Positions 18,523-28,214 of a stretch of DNA of 32,000 nt are shown piece after piece (position 1 is the first letter of the stretch; each line of letters begins with the position of its first letter). This DNA is from Candidatus Pacearchaeota archaeon (GTDB lineage: Archaea; Nanobdellota; Nanobdellia; Pacearchaeales; GW2011-AR1), in the NCBI GenBank assembly GCA_038869895.1, contig JAWCQE010000002.1, positions 73,034 to 105,033 on the forward strand, given 5' to 3'. The notes beneath the pieces are model-generated. The model was not told where the DNA came from. It made no database searches and saw only the letters and a program-made list of their open reading frames with translations. The position numbers and the translations under genes are program-made.

Positions 18523-18651
18523 TTATCTTCTCTTTTTCTTTTTTCTACCGCCACGGGCCATTACAGCTTCACATACATTACCATTTCCGTCGACATAGTA
18601 AAGATGTCCTGGTTTTCTCTTGACAGCATTCTTCACAATTACTTTTCCCAT
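18523..18651 (-). CDS. Small basic protein (42 aa), not in the ORF track
   Basis: MGKVIVKNAVKRKPGHLYYVDGNGNVCEAVMARGGRKKKKRR, preceded by a strong GGAGGTG about 6 nt upstream of the ATG. Confidence 0.55.
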   Translation of the reverse strand: MGKVIVKNAVKRKPGHLYYVDGNGNVCEAVMARGGRKKKKRR

Positions 18652-18692
18652 TTATACACCTCCTTTTTTAATAATGATATATGGAATATGTT

Positions 18693-19031
18693 TTATTTCT
18701 TTTTAAATCTTTCTTCGACGATAATTTTTACTAAGTTGTAATTTTTTTTAGAAATGGGAATTTCCAATATCCTCTTATATTCTTTCTTTGTATTTATGTA
18801 AGGTAAAAACGGATAAACAATTTTAAAATCAGCGACGTTGTTTTTTTTGTCAAGCCATAAAACTAGAAAAGGGAAAAATACAAAAAAGGAGTGTAAGCTG
18901 GATTTAGAATTGAATAAAAATACAGGGGATTTATTTTTTCTTCGAAACATAAGTCCTCTAAAAATATTAAATCCTCTTGCCTCTTGAATATTTTTAATTT
19001 TAATAAATTTATTCTTAAATTTGATTATCAT
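18693..19031 (-). CDS. DUF192-like protein
   Basis: 112 aa. ARGFNIFRGLMFR...LHSFFVFFPFLVLWLDKKNNV resembles the DUF192 (COG1430) pattern. Confidence 0.45.
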   Translation of the reverse strand: MIIKFKNKFIKIKNIQEARGFNIFRGLMFRRKNKSPVFLFNSKSSLHSFFVFFPFLVLWLDKKNNVADFKIVYPFLPYINTKKEYKRILEIPISKKNYNLVKIIVEERFKKK

Positions 19032-19107
19032 TTAGCTATTATTGATAAAGAAAGTTTATAAATATTTAATAGAACGATTTTAAATTAACCTGTCACTATT
19101 TTTTATC

Positions 19108-19491
19108 TTAAATATTTGCATTTTCAATTTGCTTTAGTTTTTTGTGAAATAAATTTATATTTTTATCACAGACATAGTCGTGGTGTTTGAATCCCCCGCC
19201 GAAGTTTTTAGGTATGTGCATAAGTTCATGTATTATTACTTTATCCTGTTCTTCTTTTGAAAGCCTGTCAAACTGTTCTGAAATGAATTCTATTCCATAA
19301 TATGCTTTAGTCCCTATAACCATCTGCATTAATTTTCCAAGAGCATGGCAACGCGCTATTGTATTTTTTGAAGAACTACCATAACTTCTAATGGATTTTA
19401 TTCTTTCTGTTTTAATATGTGGAAAAAGTTTATTTGAGATAGAAATAACCCTATTGTGTAGTTCATTATCAAAATAGTATTTAATCTTCAT
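19108..19491 (-). CDS. Predicted zinc metallopeptidase (HExxH)
   Basis: 127 aa with the IIHELMHIP motif and small SprT/WLM-like size. Confidence 0.5.
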   Translation of the reverse strand: MKIKYYFDNELHNRVISISNKLFPHIKTERIKSIRSYGSSSKNTIARCHALGKLMQMVIGTKAYYGIEFISEQFDRLSKEEQDKVIIHELMHIPKNFGGGFKHHDYVCDKNINLFHKKLKQIENANI

Positions 19492-19594
19492 TTTTAACTC
19501 AATTATTTTTTCTTTAATTTTTTAAAATTTATCTTAATCATTGTTAGATTATTAAAATATTTGGTTAATTGGTCCTTAGTTTGATTTATTTTAA

Positions 19595-21397
19595 TCATAT
19601 CTTTCCAAGCTTTTTAGCAAGTTCCTCTGCATCGTTTAAATAATTTTCAATTTCCTTTAATCCTGAAATCCAAAAACTCTCTTTTGTTATATCAATTCCC
19701 AATTCAAGAAAAATTTCCTTTGGAGATTTTGAAGTTCCTGTTGAAAGAAATTCCTTGACTTTGTTGATAAAATTATTATTTTCTTTCACTTTTTTTTGAA
19801 GATATTTTGAAATTAAAAGTCCTGAAGCATATGAGTAAACATAGAAATAATCTCTTATATGGGGCCAATAAACCCATCCAGATTTCATTGAATCTGATTT
19901 TTCAAAAGAATTGCCGAGATAAGCAAACATATTTTTTTCAAATAATTTCCCAATATCTTCTTTTGATAAGTGGCCTTTCTTTCTATATTCTATATGAATA
20001 TCCTGCTCGAATTTATAACATGCTATCTGCCTGAAAATAGTTTGGACATCATCTTGAAGTTTTGTCATCATCAAAGAAAATTTCTGTTCATCATTTGCTT
20101 CTTTTAAAATCTCTTGAAGGACAAAATCTTCGATAAAAGTGCTTGCAACTTCTGCTGTCGATTTTGGAGTGCAAAAATTAAGAGAGTTTTGTTTTTTTCT
20201 CATTAATTCACTATTTATTCCGTGTCCAACTTCATGAGCAATTGTCAAAACATCATTTAATTTTCCAGTATGGTTAAGCATTATATAGGTTGGGTGTGAT
20301 TTGGATATATTAATACAAAATGCTCCTCCCCTTTTACCTTTGCGAGGAAAAACATCTATCTGGCGATTTTTTATAAAAACATTATATATTTCCAAAAATT
20401 CTTTGTCCAAATTTGAAAAAACTTTTTTTACTAATTTAATAGAAGAATCATAATCATATTCTTTATCTATATAAGCAAACTCAATTTTTCTATCATTATA
20501 CTTAAATTTTTTCATTCCTAGAATTTTTGCTTTTAGATTGTGGAATCTACATGAAATATAAAAATTTGATGCTACAGCTTTAACTAGCGAATCAATTATT
20601 TCTGTATCTATATCATCTTCTAAATGTCTTGAGCTGTCAGGCCTTGGAAATTTCCTTAAATTATCATCTATTTTTTTATTTTCAAGAATGGAGTTTAATT
20701 CAATTACTGCTATATCTAAATATCTTAAAACGATGGTATCAAACGCTTCTGATAATTCCTTTCTTAATTTATTATTTCGGGTAGACATAAGTCCATAGAT
20801 TTCATTAAATCCCATAATTTTTTTGTTTCCATAACTATTTGAAATTTCAGCTTCAGATTTATTAAGAAATTCTTGTGTTAGTTTCTCCCAATTGTCATAA
20901 GCAACTTTCGATTTTAATGATATTATCTTTTCCTCTTCTTCGCTTAGTAGGTGTTTGCCGGCTTTAAACAAATTACTAAGAAAATGTTTGTATTCTTTTA
21001 GTAGTTCACTAGTCAAAAATTCTTTTTGTTTTTCTTTAGGAATTTTAGAGATAGATAGTGTAAAAAATCTTATCTCATCTTTAATTTTATTAACAAAATC
21101 CTCTGCTTTTGATAATTTTGACTTTATTTCTACATCTGTTTGATTGGCATAATATTTAAGAAGAAAGTAGTAATATTCATCCCCTCCAGAAGCACAATTT
21201 CTCTGAAGTAATTCGTAATCATTTAAAGCTTCTCTTAGTTTTTTAATGTTATTCAGATAAGATTTGTCTTTTCTCCATTTTTTAGAGAACTCTTTGTGTT
21301 TTTCTTCTATAATTTTTCTTTTGAAATTAATTTCAAGATTGTCCCCCCTTTTCATTAAAGGAGTTAAATCCCATACATACTCTTTTTTTTCTTTCAT
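19595..21397 (-). CDS. pepF: Oligoendopeptidase F (M3 family)
   Basis: 600 aa with the TIAHEVGHGI zinc site and typical PepF length and architecture. Confidence 0.85.
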   Translation of the reverse strand: MKEKKEYVWDLTPLMKRGDNLEINFKRKIIEEKHKEFSKKWRKDKSYLNNIKKLREALNDYELLQRNCASGGDEYYYFLLKYYANQTDVEIKSKLSKAEDFVNKIKDEIRFFTLSISKIPKEKQKEFLTSELLKEYKHFLSNLFKAGKHLLSEEEEKIISLKSKVAYDNWEKLTQEFLNKSEAEISNSYGNKKIMGFNEIYGLMSTRNNKLRKELSEAFDTIVLRYLDIAVIELNSILENKKIDDNLRKFPRPDSSRHLEDDIDTEIIDSLVKAVASNFYISCRFHNLKAKILGMKKFKYNDRKIEFAYIDKEYDYDSSIKLVKKVFSNLDKEFLEIYNVFIKNRQIDVFPRKGKRGGAFCINISKSHPTYIMLNHTGKLNDVLTIAHEVGHGINSELMRKKQNSLNFCTPKSTAEVASTFIEDFVLQEILKEANDEQKFSLMMTKLQDDVQTIFRQIACYKFEQDIHIEYRKKGHLSKEDIGKLFEKNMFAYLGNSFEKSDSMKSGWVYWPHIRDYFYVYSYASGLLISKYLQKKVKENNNFINKVKEFLSTGTSKSPKEIFLELGIDITKESFWISGLKEIENYLNDAEELAKKLGKI

Positions 21398-21402
21398 TTC
21401 AA

Positions 21403-22581
21403 TTACCTTGTTATAATTTCAATTCCATCAAGATTCTTCAATTTATAATCTTTGCCGACAGCTTGTTTTGTTTTTACATTTATTGCCTTAATAAAGTTTT
21501 TTCCTATATCACTATGAAGATGAAATGCAAAATCAATAGCACTTGAACCATCTGGAAGCAAAAAGCAATCTGGAAGTATATTTCCCTTTGAATCTTTTAA
21601 TTTGCTTCCTGCTGGAAAAACAGCTATGTATTTTAAAATATCAAAGACAATTTTATTTAAAATTTCTTGAACTCCAGTGCTTCCAAATTTCTTTAAGATT
21701 TTAGTATCAATAAATTCTAATGCTTCCTTCTGCCTTTCACTAAGGTTTTTTAAAATTTTAAAATTATTATCCCCGGGAATGTATTTTATAGTCCCCGTTT
21801 TTGATGCTTCTTTTAAAGCCAACTCACTTTCAGCTGAGCAAGGTACTATCAGATAATCAAACTCTTTCTTAATTTTTTGAAAATTTTCATAACTACTTGG
21901 TCTGTCTATTTTATTAGCTGCAATTATCATCGGCTTAGAAATTTTTCTTAATAAAGATGCAAATTTAAAGATTTCTTCATTATCCCATTGAGAAGCTTTT
22001 GAAACATTAAAATTTCCTTTTTGAACAACTTCTTTAACATGGATTTGTTTTACCTTTAATCCTGAAAATTGTCCTGCAACTGCTTCAGAAAAATCAATTT
22101 CTTCCGCAGAAATCTTTTTGGTGAATGTTCTCCAAACTTTTTTTAGTATTTCTGTATACCATAAATCAAGTTCTCTTTCTAAAAATTTTATATCATTACA
22201 AGGATTATGATTTTGGATTTGTTTTCCTTCGTAATCTGTCTCACCAGATGTATCGATAATGTTTATAAAAGCGTCAGCTAAAGTTAAGTCATTTAAAAAT
22301 TGATTGCCTAATCCTTTACCTTCAGAAGCACCAGGCACAAGTCCTGCAACGTCAATTAATTCTATAGGTACGAATCTACTACCATCAATACAGAAACCTT
22401 CCCTAGGATTGCACTTAACTTTAAAAAAATTTTCAATGCACTCAATTCTTACATATCCAATCCCATGGTTTGGTTTAATTGTTGCAAATGGATAATTTGC
22501 TATAAGTACATTACTCAAAGTTGCTGATTTAAAAAAGGTACTTTTGCCTACATTTGGTTTGCCGACAAGTCCTATTAGCAT
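21403..22581 (-). CDS. Obg-family GTPase (YchF/DRG-like) with C-terminal TGS-like domain
   Basis: G1 GKPNVGKST, G3 DVAGLV, G4 NKID. C-terminal beta-grasp-like end GKDYKLKNLDGIEII. Confidence 0.8.
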   Translation of the reverse strand: MLIGLVGKPNVGKSTFFKSATLSNVLIANYPFATIKPNHGIGYVRIECIENFFKVKCNPREGFCIDGSRFVPIELIDVAGLVPGASEGKGLGNQFLNDLTLADAFINIIDTSGETDYEGKQIQNHNPCNDIKFLERELDLWYTEILKKVWRTFTKKISAEEIDFSEAVAGQFSGLKVKQIHVKEVVQKGNFNVSKASQWDNEEIFKFASLLRKISKPMIIAANKIDRPSSYENFQKIKKEFDYLIVPCSAESELALKEASKTGTIKYIPGDNNFKILKNLSERQKEALEFIDTKILKKFGSTGVQEILNKIVFDILKYIAVFPAGSKLKDSKGNILPDCFLLPDGSSAIDFAFHLHSDIGKNFIKAINVKTKQAVGKDYKLKNLDGIEIITR

Positions 22582-22654
22582 TCATCTGAAAAAGATAATT
22601 AGTTTATAAAAGTTAGCCTAATTTTTCGGTTAATTTTAGTAAAAATAAAAATAA

Positions 22655-23059
22655 TTAAAATTTATCTTTTCGTTTACTTTTGAGTCTTTGAAGTGCAATT
22701 TCAGCACTTTCAGCAATTTCAAGCTCATCAGAATTCAAAAATTTTTTAATAAATGGAATAAATTCTCTTTTGCCAAGCGTAGCAAGAGCAAGTATTGCTT
22801 CATGTCTCACAAATACATTCTCATCATTTTCAATTGCATAAATTAAGTATTTTGCCGCAATATCTGCCCTTCCTGTTTCTCCAAGTGAAAATGCAAATTC
22901 GTGTCTTACTATTGGAGAGGTATCTGTTATTAATGCTTTACCTAGTGCTCTTATGTGTTCTTCATTGTCTGTATTTTCTAAATGAAAAGCTGCTTGAATT
23001 CTCTCTTCTTTTGTTTTAGTCAAATCTAATATAATTTTTGCATAGTCTTTATTATCCAT
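22655..23059 (-). CDS. HEAT-repeat (PBS-lyase-like) protein
   Basis: Repeated ..VRHEFAFSLGETG.. and ..VRHEAILALATLG.. units. Confidence 0.6.
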   Translation of the reverse strand: MDNKDYAKIILDLTKTKEERIQAAFHLENTDNEEHIRALGKALITDTSPIVRHEFAFSLGETGRADIAAKYLIYAIENDENVFVRHEAILALATLGKREFIPFIKKFLNSDELEIAESAEIALQRLKSKRKDKF

Positions 23060-23229
23060 AAATTAATCCATAAATATTAATATTTAAATTTTTCATTTAT
23101 TAAAACGTCTATTAATTACTTTAAGTAGTTAGTTATTACAAATAAATTTAGATACTTCCTTAAATATGAAACACGTTATAAATTTGATTTCACCAATATT
23201 TTTATAAACTATCTTATCTAAATATTACA

Positions 23230-23502
23230 ATGGAAAAAGATATTGGAAAGATAAAGAAAAATGAAAATACTGATATTATTATAAGAATAGATGACTTTGG
23301 CGGAAGACGTGGAGTTACAATAAGGGAGTTTACTAAGTCCGAAAGATACACTGGTTTTACAAAATCTGGTACAAGAATTCCTGCAGATTCTTTTGAAGAA
23401 TTTAGAAAATTAATAAACGATATTGAACCTGATGATTTAAAATCCTCACAAAGGGAACTATCTGAAAAAAATAATGAAGAAGAAGATTTTGAAGATTATT
23501 AA
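23230..23502 (+). CDS. PC4/Sub1-like ssDNA-binding protein (tentative)
   Basis: 90 aa. IRIDDFGGRRGVTIREFTKSERYTGFTKSGTRIPADSFEEFRKLI resembles the PC4 fold signature. Confidence 0.4.
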   Translation: MEKDIGKIKKNENTDIIIRIDDFGGRRGVTIREFTKSERYTGFTKSGTRIPADSFEEFRKLINDIEPDDLKSSQRELSEKNNEEEDFEDY

Positions 23503-23641
23503 CAGGATATAAAAATAGTTGTTGTCTTTTTCTAATTTGAATAACTTAGATAAAGAATAAACCAATTATCCACATAATTTTATTTTTAGTATAAACACAA
23601 TCCTCTTTTTAATTCACGCAGGTTTAGTTTTATATTTGTAT

Positions 23642-24082
23642 TTATTGAACTATAAAAGGCTTACTTAACAAATCACATATTTTATTACCTATTTTTGCGG
23701 CCGTTTCTACTCTACTCCCTGGACTAAGAAGACCAGAATTAAGTGTTACGTTTCTAGTTTCTCCTACCTTTATTGGTGTTTCACTTCCACTTTGAGAATA
23801 ATCAATTCCTCCGACAATGGTCCCATCTACATAAACAACAATTCCACTCAATTCATCGCTTCCAGAATCTCTGCGTATAAATACAGAAGAGGTTGTACTA
23901 TTAACAGATACCACTCTTAATTGAGTCTCTAAACATCCAGTAGAACTTCCAATATTTGAAAGATTGTTGCTGACAAAATTCTGAATAACAACCCAAACAA
24001 TTACAACAGCAGCAATTGCAAGAAGAATTAAAAGGACAGTAGTTACAACATCTGACACCGCTTTTTTATTGTTTAACTTCAT
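23642..24082 (-). CDS. Archaeal type IV pilin-like protein (class III signal peptide), paralogue A
   Basis: MKLNNKKAVSDVVTTVLLILLAIAAVVIVWVV matches the archaeal pilin/archaellin N-terminal domain. Two Cys in the C-terminal globular part. Confidence 0.75.
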   Translation of the reverse strand: MKLNNKKAVSDVVTTVLLILLAIAAVVIVWVVIQNFVSNNLSNIGSSTGCLETQLRVVSVNSTTSSVFIRRDSGSDELSGIVVYVDGTIVGGIDYSQSGSETPIKVGETRNVTLNSGLLSPGSRVETAAKIGNKICDLLSKPFIVQ

Positions 24083-24084
24083 TA
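23970..24084 (-). repeat. 115-bp perfect repeat, copy 1 (pilin 5' end plus 2 nt of leader)
   Basis: Identical base for base to 24568..24682 (offset 598). Identity ends abruptly at the codon after ...QNFV. Confidence 0.9.
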
Positions 24085-24245
24085 CATAATAATATAATCA
24101 ATCTTTTTAAATGTTTTTAATGTCAAACTTTTTTAATATTTTACGAAGTATACTTAGAATATAAAATCTATTTAAATAACCTTTAAATAAAAAGAATAGA
24201 TTTTATCATCTTTCATTTTAAAGGAAATACTCCTTTTGAAAAATT

Positions 24246-24680
24246 TTAAGATACTGCAACTGATTGGGCTTCTTGTATTCTACAACTTGTACCGTCACTT
24301 AATTCAAATGCGACATATACATCAACAAATTGGCCAGATTGTAAGGTGATAGGTGGTTGCATTTGTCCAGTAGTTGTGGATTCCGCAATTTTTATATTTG
24401 GATTTTGTACTGTTGCAGAAGATGTTCCTATTGAAGCTCTAATGACACCTATATCAACATTTCCAGAAGTTCTTCTTAAGGTTACATTTCCATTTGTTGT
24501 AACAGAAGTAACATCATACCTTGTTGATAAGCAGTCTGCAGAACCTGTGACTTCTTTTGAACCTTCTCTGACAAAATTCTGAATAACAACCCAAACAATT
24601 ACAACAGCAGCAATTGCAAGAAGAATTAAAAGGACAGTAGTTACAACATCTGACACCGCTTTTTTATTGTTTAACTTCAT
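24246..24680 (-). CDS. Archaeal type IV pilin-like protein (class III signal peptide), paralogue B
   Basis: The first 37 aa are identical to paralogue A. The C-terminal part is divergent but keeps the two-Cys layout. Confidence 0.75.
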   Translation of the reverse strand: MKLNNKKAVSDVVTTVLLILLAIAAVVIVWVVIQNFVREGSKEVTGSADCLSTRYDVTSVTTNGNVTLRRTSGNVDIGVIRASIGTSSATVQNPNIKIAESTTTGQMQPPITLQSGQFVDVYVAFELSDGTSCRIQEAQSVAVS

Positions 24681-24682
24681 TA
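24568..24682 (-). repeat. 115-bp perfect repeat, copy 2
   Basis: See 23970..24084. Confidence 0.9.
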
Positions 24683-24887
24683 TACCATTAATAAAATTAA
24701 CTTTATAAAGCTTTTGTTAAATTGTGTTGTTGTGTTAAATGCTAGTGTTTAACTAAAAATTAATTTGCCATTCAAAGCTTCATGCTTATCTACAAAATTA
24801 TAAAAATTTGTATTCCTTTGAATATAATATAATTCCCTTCAACAGAACCACGTAATTCTTTAAAATTTTAATTCTTCAAATTCATAT

Positions 24888-25274
24888 TTATTGAAGTTCT
24901 TCACTTGATTCTCTTCCTTCAAGTCCTTCGTCGATAACTTCATCTTCAGGAATTGCCATTTCCATAATTTCTCCTTCTTCATCTATTTCTTTTTCTTCCT
25001 GAATTTTTCCTTCTTCAATTAATTTATCTTTAATATCTTCTTCTTTTATCTTTTTAATTTTTACACTTCTTCTTTTCGGCATTGGTTGTTTTACGGTTAT
25101 TGGAAGAATGTCGCTTTCAAATTCAATCTTTGCAATTTCCATAGGGTCATAATTTATTTCTTCAAGTTTTTTTGTTTCAATATTGGCGAGAATAGGAGCA
25201 TCCATTGCAATTTGCAAAGCCCTTGCTCCAAGAATTCTTGCTACCTCGTAATCTGTAAATTTCTTTTTTTCCAT
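24888..25274 (-). CDS. rpoK: DNA-directed RNA polymerase subunit K (Rpo6) with acidic C-terminal tail
   Basis: [24 protein letters not shown] is the Rpo6/omega signature. The C-terminal half is Glu/Lys/Ile-rich. Confidence 0.85.
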   Translation of the reverse strand: MEKKKFTDYEVARILGARALQIAMDAPILANIETKKLEEINYDPMEIAKIEFESDILPITVKQPMPKRRSVKIKKIKEEDIKDKLIEEGKIQEEKEIDEEGEIMEMAIPEDEVIDEGLEGRESSEELQ

Positions 25275-25304
25275 TTTATTATGTAATTTTTTGGGTTTTT
25301 AAAT

Positions 25305-26573
25305 TTATTTTTTTCCGATTTTTTTAAATTTTGTATATTTCCATAAAACCCTTGGAATATTAATAGTTTTATCTGCATTTTGATTATTTTCAAGTATAGC
25401 AACTAAAATTCTTGATGTTGCTAAGGCAGTATTATTTAATGTATGGACAAATTCATTATGGTCCTTTCTTCTAAATCTTATATTTAGGTCTCTAGCTTGG
25501 TAATCTGTTATATTTGACAATGACATTACTTCTCCATAATCTTTTGTTGTTGGCCTCCAAATTTCTAAATCATGACTTCTGTGTTTCCATGGAGCTAAAT
25601 CCCCTGTGCAGATTTCAATTACTCTATATGGAAGTTCAAGTTCTTTTAAAATTTCTTCAGAATTCTTTAGAAGTTCGTTGTATAATTTTTCAGAATCTTC
25701 TGGAATGCAGAATATAAACTGCTCGACTTTATTGAACTGATGAGTTCTCCAAAGTCCTTTCTCATTAATTCCGTGCGAACCTATTTCTTTCCTAAAACAC
25801 ATTGAATAAGAAAAATATTTTTTTGGGAGTTCCTTCTCCGTAAATACGCTCTCTTTGTGCATTGCAAGAAGTGCATGTTCTGCTGTTCCAATCAGGGCCA
25901 TGTCAGAATCTTTTACTTCATATATTGAGTTTGAAAATGTTTTTTCATCCTCAGCAAAAATATTTTTTCTCAACATTAAAGGAGTCTCTATATATTGGTA
26001 TTTTTTCTTTTTCATATGTTCAATTGCAAATCTTATTAAAGATTGGTTAAGCAATGCAAGTTCATTTTTAAGATAATAAAATCCATTCCCTGATACTTTC
26101 GCTGAGGAGTCAAAGTCCGCTAAACCAAGTTTTTCACAAATCTCTACATGATTCATAATTTTAAACGAAAATTTTTTTGGCTTTCCAATTTTTTTAATTT
26201 CTTTATTATCTCTAAAATCTTTTCCATCCGGAGTGTATTTTGAAATTATATTAGGAAGAGTTCTTAACAAATCCTCTCTTTTTTTAATGAGGACATCTAA
26301 TTCTTCGTCAAGTAACTTAATCTTATCAGGAATTGATTTTGCTTCTTTTATTAATTCTTCTCTCAATTTATCATCTTTCCTTTTTTTTGCTTCATTAATC
26401 TCCTGAGAAATCTGATTTCTTTTAGCTCTTAGTTTATCAGACTCATATTTTTTTTCGCGCCATTTTTTATCAATTTTAAGAATTTCGTCAACATCACTTG
26501 CTTTTCTGCCTGCGCGAATCTGGTTTTTCTTAATTAATTCTGGATTTTCCCTTATTATATTTATATCAAGCAT
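25305..26573 (-). CDS. serS: Seryl-tRNA synthetase
   Basis: N-terminal coiled-coil arm, class II motifs (FRKEIGSHG, GTAEHAL) and 422-aa length. Confidence 0.9.
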   Translation of the reverse strand: MLDINIIRENPELIKKNQIRAGRKASDVDEILKIDKKWREKKYESDKLRAKRNQISQEINEAKKRKDDKLREELIKEAKSIPDKIKLLDEELDVLIKKREDLLRTLPNIISKYTPDGKDFRDNKEIKKIGKPKKFSFKIMNHVEICEKLGLADFDSSAKVSGNGFYYLKNELALLNQSLIRFAIEHMKKKKYQYIETPLMLRKNIFAEDEKTFSNSIYEVKDSDMALIGTAEHALLAMHKESVFTEKELPKKYFSYSMCFRKEIGSHGINEKGLWRTHQFNKVEQFIFCIPEDSEKLYNELLKNSEEILKELELPYRVIEICTGDLAPWKHRSHDLEIWRPTTKDYGEVMSLSNITDYQARDLNIRFRRKDHNEFVHTLNNTALATSRILVAILENNQNADKTINIPRVLWKYTKFKKIGKK

Positions 26574-26644
26574 TTCTTAATATATTTCAAAATATATATA
26601 AATGTTTTTAGTAATGTTTTTAAATTTCTGACCCAAACAATCTT

Positions 26645-27028
26645 ATGATAAAATGGTTTGATAAAAATAGAGAAGTATCATTAATTTTTGTTGTTGTGAT
26701 AGGGATTATCATATTTTTTCTCTCGTCTATTCCAGGGAATTCATTAACTAGAATATCTTTTATTGCAATAACCTACCATATATTCATCTTTTTCCTTTTT
26801 ACTTTTTTCCTTTTTACAACCTTTGTACATGGGAAAGACAAAAATTTTATTTTAATTGTGATTTTAATCTCTATATTTTATGGAATAATAGACGAATTTC
26901 ACCAGTTATTTACTTATGGAAGAGATTCTAGCTTTTCTGATTTAATGGTTAATAATATAGGAATTTTTTTTGCTACATTAGTTTATTTGTTTCATCTTAA
27001 AAGACAAGATAAAAATAGGAAAATTTAA
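26645..27028 (+). CDS. VanZ-like membrane protein
   Basis: Four hydrophobic segments and the IDEFHQLFTYGRDSSFSDLMVNNIG motif. Confidence 0.65.
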   Translation: MIKWFDKNREVSLIFVVVIGIIIFFLSSIPGNSLTRISFIAITYHIFIFFLFTFFLFTTFVHGKDKNFILIVILISIFYGIIDEFHQLFTYGRDSSFSDLMVNNIGIFFATLVYLFHLKRQDKNRKI

Positions 27029-27079
27029 AATATCAAATTGGATGAAAGATATATCATCACACAAGGCTGTGGTGAAGAG

Positions 27080-27102
27080 CAGCTCACTCGCGGCGTGGGC
27101 TG
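27080..27102 (+). other. GC-rich hairpin CAGCTCAC-TCGCGGC-GTGGGCTG in an AT-rich intergenic region
   Basis: 8-bp stem (one G-U) with a 7-nt loop, inside a roughly 40-nt GC-rich patch (27064-27102) between the VanZ-like gene and rps10. Confidence 0.3.
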
Positions 27103-27147
27103 TTCTGAATTAAAAAACTTTAAAAAGTAAATTATGTTAAGGATAAA

Positions 27148-27459
27148 ATGCCACAAATAGTAAGAATTAAATTAAGCAGTATAAACATAAGTCAACTTAA
27201 TGAGATTAGTGAAACTATAAGAGACATCTCAAAAAAGGCAGGAGTTATAGCTAGAGGGCCAGTTCCTCTTCCTACTAAAAGGCTTAAAGTTACGACGAGA
27301 AAAAGTCCGTGCGGTAATGGAACGGCTACATTTGATAGATTTGAGATGAGAATTCATAAAAGGTTAATAGATTTGCCGAGTAATGATAAAATTCTTCATA
27401 GTATTATGAGATTGCCGATTCCAAAAAGTGTCAATATAAAAATTGAAATGAAAGGCTAG
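27148..27459 (+). CDS. rps10: 30S ribosomal protein S10 (uS10)
   Basis: IRIKLSS...ARGPVPLPTKRLKVTTRKSPCG.GT.TFDRFEMRIHKRLIDL is the uS10 signature. Confidence 0.9.
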   Translation: MPQIVRIKLSSINISQLNEISETIRDISKKAGVIARGPVPLPTKRLKVTTRKSPCGNGTATFDRFEMRIHKRLIDLPSNDKILHSIMRLPIPKSVNIKIEMKG

Positions 27460-27481
27460 AATTATCTCTTAAAATAAATAA

Positions 27482-27670
27482 TTACAATTTTATATTTTCA
27501 TTTTTAGGGAGAGATTTCGAATGTGCATCAAGTTTTCCATTCTGGAGGCATTTCCAGCATGTATGAACTTGTCCATTTGGCTCTTTTACAATTCCAGTAT
27601 CTTTACAGTCTGGACATTCGTTGCTTTTCTTCGGAAGAGGATTATCTCGCCTTATTGTGCTGAATTCCAT
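27482..27670 (-). CDS. Small zinc-ribbon protein
   Basis: 62 aa with CPDC...CWKC (two CxxC pairs). Confidence 0.5.
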   Translation of the reverse strand: MEFSTIRRDNPLPKKSNECPDCKDTGIVKEPNGQVHTCWKCLQNGKLDAHSKSLPKNENIKL

Positions 27671-27921
27671 AAATTCTAATGATTTATGGTTTTTTAATTA
27701 TTTTGGTAATGTATTATAATATTAAAATTAATAAAATATTATAAATCTAAAGATTATTAATAAAAATAAATTAAGGATATGACGGAGATAAAAATAGAAG
27801 TTAAAGAATAAAAATTAACAATTCAATGACTTAATAAAATTTATATATTCTTGACAAATTATTATTTTTATATTTCATATAAATTATTTTCTTTTAAGAA
27901 AGAAATTTTATTAATTAGTAT

Positions 27922-28001
27922 GCCCGTGTCGCATAGTGGAATTGCAACGGTTTGGAGTACCGTGTCCTTTGGACACCCAGGTTCGAATCCTGGCACGGGC
28001 G
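27922..28001 (+). tRNA. tRNA-Ser (anticodon GGA)
   Basis: Acceptor GCCCGTG/CACGGGC, anticodon arm ACGGT-TTGGAGT-ACCGT, long variable arm, T arm CCAGG-TTCGAAT-CCTGG. Confidence 0.9.
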
Positions 28002-28214
28002 TTTAATCATATAAAATCATTTAGACATAAATTAATTACCATAATATTGTCGCGGAATTTTCTATTTTTTTCTTTCAAATTTTTTGAAAGTCACAAATTA
28101 TTAAGTAAAACAATAGGTTTATAAACTGCCTTGAAATCATAATTATAGGTTAATCGCATATGCGATTCTATCTCTGAAAAGAGAGCCTTTTAGGATGAAT
28201 CTTATTGAGATATA

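Noticed and set aside
27036-27110. Canonical C/D-box sRNA
   Set aside because: The C-like box is GGATGAA rather than RUGAUGA. There is no convincing D'/C' pair, and the guide spacing before CTGA is about 26 nt instead of about 12.
27936-28124. 62-aa ORF
   Set aside because: It starts inside tRNA-Ser(GGA) and continues through an AT-rich spacer.
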